DNA from: a virus
Strand: one strand, 5' to 3'
Length of the DNA: 64,000 nucleotides
Virus record (IMG/VR): IMGVR_UViG_3300033752_000289
This document shows, in pieces, positions 60,680-64,000 of this stretch. A model generated the notes under the pieces. It was not told the origin of the DNA. It was given only the letters and a program-made list of their open reading frames with translations, and made no database searches. How positions within the stretch are numbered: position 1 is the stretch's first letter; each line of letters starts with the position of its first letter. Made by a program: the position numbers and the translations under genes.

Positions 60680-61415
60680 CGCAGGGGCCACCCTGTTCCG
60701 CTCGCCGCGGTGGGACCCGGTTGCCGGCGCGCTTATGACGGCGGACGACGAGCAGGTCGTCGCGGTGATCGCCGAGGCCCTCGTCCGGTCGGTCGGCGTG
60801 CTGGTGCTCGGCGTGCCGATGCAGCGCTCGGTGCTCACCGGCCCGTTCCCGACCCTGGTGCCGTACGAGGAGTCGCTCGAGCTGTCCCGGCTCGTGCTGC
60901 TCGACGAGGTACCGGCCAACGCCGAGAGCTGGTTCTGCGCCCGCGCGTTCGAGCTCGCCGCCCGTGAGGGCGTGCGCGGCGCGGTCGCGTTCTCCGTCCC
61001 GATCCCGCGCACCCGCCACACGGCCGCCGGGGTCGAGACCGTGATGCCCGGCCACGTCGGCACCGTCTACCAGGCGCTCGGAGCCACCTACACCGGCCGC
61101 GGCACACCGCGGTCGCTGGTGATGCTGCCCGACGCCACCGTGCTGACCGCCCGGGCCCAGCAGAAGGTCCTCGCGGGGGAGCGCGGCGCCGACGGCGTGA
61201 TCGAGCGGCTCGTCCAGCTCGGCGCACCCCGGCCGGCCCTTGGCGCGGACCGTCGCACGTGGATGCGCGAGGCGCTCGCCGCCGTCGGCGCGTACACGGT
61301 GCGGCACCCCGGCAACCACCGGTACGCCTTCCGGCTCGGCAACCGCAGGCAGAGCAGCCGCACGGTCATAGGCCTGGCTGCCTGCCCGTACCCGAAGCGT
61401 CACGCCACGGCGTGA
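60672..61415 (+). CDS. conserved protein, possibly GNAT-fold / Mom-like (unverified)
   Basis: LELSRLVLLDEVPANAESWF and PGHVGTVYQA recall acyltransferase-fold phage DNA-modification proteins. This rests on memory only. Confidence 0.4.
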   Translation: MPNAGATLFRSPRWDPVAGALMTADDEQVVAVIAEALVRSVGVLVLGVPMQRSVLTGPFPTLVPYEESLELSRLVLLDEVPANAESWFCARAFELAAREGVRGAVAFSVPIPRTRHTAAGVETVMPGHVGTVYQALGATYTGRGTPRSLVMLPDATVLTARAQQKVLAGERGADGVIERLVQLGAPRPALGADRRTWMREALAAVGAYTVRHPGNHRYAFRLGNRRQSSRTVIGLAACPYPKRHATA

Positions 61416-61453
61416 CCACCCCACCCCCACACCCCCTCGGAGGAACCAGCGCC

Positions 61454-62446
61454 ATGGCGCGACATTCACACATCGACTGGTGTGACGCGACCTGGAACCC
61501 GGTCGTCGGATGCCGCCACGTGTCGCCCGGCTGCGACCACTGTTACGCCGCCCGCGAGGCCGGCCAGCGGCTGCGGCACCTGCCGCTCTACCGCGGCCTG
61601 GCGAAGGACGGCAGATTCACCGGTGAGGTCCGGCTCGCTCCAGAGCGGCTCAGCGACCCGATCCGGTGGCGGCAGCCGAAGCTCATCTTCGTCAATTCGA
61701 TGAGCGACCTGTTCGAGGGCAGCGTGCCGGACTGGTTCATCGCCCAGGTCTGGGACGTGATGGGCCGCTCGCCGTGGCACACCTTCCTGATCCTCACCAA
61801 GCGGCCCGGCCGTATGCGGTCGTGGGTGCGGCGGTGGGCCGACATCGACGCCGACGCCGCTGTCCCCGACAACGGCGGGCTGCCGCCGATGCCGCGCGGA
61901 CCGGAGGCCGTCCGTGCGACCTACCGGTCCGGCCGGGCGCAGCTGTTCGCCGAGATGCTCGAGCACATGGGCCCACCGCCAGCCGGGGCCGCCTACCCGC
62001 TCTACGACTGGATGGAAGGCTGGCGGTTCTGGCCGCGGGTGCTGCCCAACGTGTGGCTCGGTGTCTCCGTCGAGGGCCAGCAGTGGGCCGATGTGCGCAT
62101 CCCGCTGCTGCTCGACACCCCGGCCGCCGTGCGGTGGATCTCCGCCGAACCGCTGCTCGGCCCGATCAACCTCAATGAGTCGTGGCTGACCGGCAGCCCG
62201 CCGGTGGACTGGGTGGTCGTCGGCGGCGAGTCCGGCCCGAACGCCCGGCCAATGCATCCGGACTGGGCCCGGTCCCTACGCGACCGGTGCGCGGCCGCCG
62301 GCGTGCCCTTCTTCTTCAAGCAGGCCGGGACCGTGCTCGCACGTGAGTGGGGCGCCAGAGCAGCCGGGAATGACCCGGCCGAACTGCCCGAAGAGTTCCG
62401 AGTTCGCTCCTACCCGTTCCAGGCGACCGTTGGGGGTGTGCGATGA
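61454..62446 (+). CDS. phage Gp37/Gp68 family protein (DUF5131)
   Basis: IDWCDATWNPVVGCRHVSPGCDHCYA, IFVNSMSDLF, WISAEPLLGP, VVVGGESGP..RPMHPDW. Confidence 0.75.
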   Translation: MARHSHIDWCDATWNPVVGCRHVSPGCDHCYAAREAGQRLRHLPLYRGLAKDGRFTGEVRLAPERLSDPIRWRQPKLIFVNSMSDLFEGSVPDWFIAQVWDVMGRSPWHTFLILTKRPGRMRSWVRRWADIDADAAVPDNGGLPPMPRGPEAVRATYRSGRAQLFAEMLEHMGPPPAGAAYPLYDWMEGWRFWPRVLPNVWLGVSVEGQQWADVRIPLLLDTPAAVRWISAEPLLGPINLNESWLTGSPPVDWVVVGGESGPNARPMHPDWARSLRDRCAAAGVPFFFKQAGTVLAREWGARAAGNDPAELPEEFRVRSYPFQATVGGVR

Positions 62447-62817
62447 CCGTCGTCCCGACCACGTACTTCTCCAAGTCGGCGTGGGACGAGATTCATCGGG
62501 CCGCCGACACCGCCGTTGCAGTGGTGCGGACTCTGCCCGCCACGATGGACGACCACAGCCGTTTCGTGAAGGCCATCGTCGAGCTCATCCACAGCGGTCT
62601 ACTCGTGCTTCCGTCACAGCGGGAATCAGACAAGCAGAGGGTCGACGCGGACGCCCGCGAGAAGATGTACGCCCACTGCAGGGCCCTAGCCCGCACGTTG
62701 TGGGCTCGGGCCGAGGCCGCCCTGGACAAGGATCTCGTGCCTGGCCTGCGCGCCGCCGCCCGGCTGCTCGACCCCGAGCTGTTTGACGACCTCGAGAGAT
62801 GGGGTGGCCAGCGGTGA
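62443..62817 (+). CDS. hypothetical protein
   Basis: ATGA overlap with the previous gene. Confidence 0.5.
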   Translation: MTVVPTTYFSKSAWDEIHRAADTAVAVVRTLPATMDDHSRFVKAIVELIHSGLLVLPSQRESDKQRVDADAREKMYAHCRALARTLWARAEAALDKDLVPGLRAAARLLDPELFDDLERWGGQR

Positions 62818-63185
62818 ACAGTATCGATCCCACCGGCGGCAAGCGGGTCACGGCGTACGGCGTCCGCTACCGGGTTACCGGCGACCATTACGACCGGGTG
62901 GCCGTCATCGGCCACGCGCCGGGCCCCGAGGTGCCGAGGGACATGCTCCTCGCGAGCGCGGCCGACATGAAGCGGCGCAGCCGGGTCAAGTACGCCGTCC
63001 CGGTGCAGCGGGTGGAGGTGCGGTGGCCGGACGAGTCGCTGCCCAGCGACGCCTGGCCCACCTACCTCGGTCCGTGGACGCCGGTCGTCTGCTGCGACGC
63101 GCACGGTCGCGGCTGCCAGGCGGGTGCCTCGTGCTGCCAGTTCTGCAGCGAGGCCCTGCGGCATCGGGCGGGGGTGTCCGGATGA
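62814..63185 (+). CDS. hypothetical Cys-rich protein
   Basis: GTGA overlap with the previous gene. Confidence 0.5.
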   Translation: MNSIDPTGGKRVTAYGVRYRVTGDHYDRVAVIGHAPGPEVPRDMLLASAADMKRRSRVKYAVPVQRVEVRWPDESLPSDAWPTYLGPWTPVVCCDAHGRGCQAGASCCQFCSEALRHRAGVSG

Positions 63186-63547
63186 CCGTCCAGGACGTCT
63201 GCGACCTCATCGCTGGGTACCGGTACCGGTACCGCGGCGAGCACGACCTGCAGAACGCCATCGCCGAAGTGCTCAAGACCGCCCAGCTCGAGGTCCACCG
63301 GGAGGTCCGGCTCAGCGGTCAAGACCGGATCGACTTCCTGGTCGAGCCCGAGCAGCTCGGCCTCGGCATCGAGGTCAAGGTCGCCGGCGACGCCGCGTCC
63401 GCGATCCGGCAGCTGGCCCGCTACGCGACGTTCCCACAGATCCGGCAGCTGCTGCTGGTCACCACCCGCTACACCCACCGCGGTTCCGTGCCGGCAGAGC
63501 TTGGTGGGAAGCCCGTCACCACGCTTCACGTCAGGAGCGCCCTGTGA
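63182..63547 (+). CDS. VRR-NUC / PD-(D/E)XK-type nuclease
   Basis: DRIDFLV...GIEVKV pattern. ATGA overlap with the previous gene. Confidence 0.55.
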   Translation: MTVQDVCDLIAGYRYRYRGEHDLQNAIAEVLKTAQLEVHREVRLSGQDRIDFLVEPEQLGLGIEVKVAGDAASAIRQLARYATFPQIRQLLLVTTRYTHRGSVPAELGGKPVTTLHVRSAL

Positions 63548-64000
63548 AGACCTACGGCACGTACACGTACCTGCCTGGTGGGTCAGGCGTTCGCGCGAAG
63601 TGGGTCATCCGGGCCGAGCCGCACGTGATGATCCTGGTCAAGCGGATCTTCCCGCGCGCCAACCAAGCCCACACCGGCGCCGTCACCATCGCTGATACGC
63701 CAGACGTGGCCCGGGACATCGAGTGGCTGATGCAGCGGTACCCGCTCGCCCCGGTCGACGAGGTGAGCGCCCGGCGTCTCGCTGCGCAGGCCAACGTGTG
63801 CCGCCGGCGCGAGACCGCGGTGCAGCAGATCCTCGACGGGCTCGCCATCCCGTCGCGTGACGACTGGCCGGAGCCGACCCTCACCCCGCGCGACTACCAG
63901 CTGCAGGCGGCTGAGCTGGTGTGGGCCACCGGCCGGCTGCTGATCGCGGACGAGCTCGGCCTCGGCAAGACGTTCGAGGGCGCACTCGTGTTGCGCCACC
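63544..64000 (+). CDS. SNF2-family helicase, N-terminal part (continues beyond the window)
   Basis: My own translation in frame 1 reads ..LTPRDYQLQAAELVWATGRLLIADELGLGKTFEG. GTGA overlap with the previous gene. Confidence 0.7.
   Translation, partial: MKTYGTYTYLPGGSGVRAKWVIRAEPHVMILVKRIFPRANQAHTGAVTIADTPDVARDIEWLMQRYPLAPVDEVSARRLAAQANVCRRRETAVQQILDGLAIPSRDDWPEPTLTPRDYQLQAAELVWATGRLLIADELGLGKTFEGALVLRH

Noticed and set aside
1-64000. Integrase, excisionase, attL/attR or transposase that would define the element's borders.
   Set aside because: None of the ORFs shows tyrosine- or serine-recombinase or DDE motifs, and no long terminal repeats are visible. The borders must lie outside the window if they exist.

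Overview
Very GC-rich, Actinobacteria-type DNA, densely packed with phage-like genes. No rRNA, complete tRNA, CRISPR array, integrase, capsid or terminase-large gene is visible, so the window looks like the tail-distal and early part of a temperate actinophage larger than 64 kb. Layout: (i) 1-5.8 kb rightward: two GDPD-like tail or tail-fibre proteins, a duplicated small-protein cassette and two holin-like membrane proteins. (ii) 6.7-17.4 kb rightward: RecT, a BrnT/BrnA-like pair, a Cas4/RecB-like exonuclease, WhiB, an initiator with internal iterons, a DnaC-like loader, DUF4326 and HNH. (iii) 17.5-30.9 kb leftward: a plasmid/AICE-like block containing ParA (interrupted by an intein) and its partner, an HTH protein, a frameshifted DUF3560, DUF2637, an FtsK/TraB-like translocase and small membrane proteins. 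The same block ends with an XRE(DUF5753)-DUF397-MFS trio at the divergent switch. (iv) 31.1-64 kb rightward: about 65 mostly small genes, including a C5 cytosine methyltransferase with an intein at the catalytic Cys, a DUF1874 protein, an endolysin with three PG-binding repeats, MerR, DUF5131, VRR-NUC and the start of an SNF2 helicase. The strongest unexplained signal is a 28-copy stem-loop (TGCGGGYGAGCGACCCGCA). It always lies on the sense strand between a -10-like box and the Shine-Dalgarno sequence of unrelated genes. Its stem changes keep pairing, and two copies pair only through G.U. Other signals are four perfect TCATGACGTCATGA palindromes at the regulatory nodes, iterons inside the initiator gene, two inteins, and junction duplications. 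There are also several apparent frameshifts, two at C4/G4 homopolymer runs, and one in-frame TAG, which are either assembly errors or gene decay. All calls come from reading the sequence and ORF track by eye. No database search was run, and family names rest on remembered motifs.
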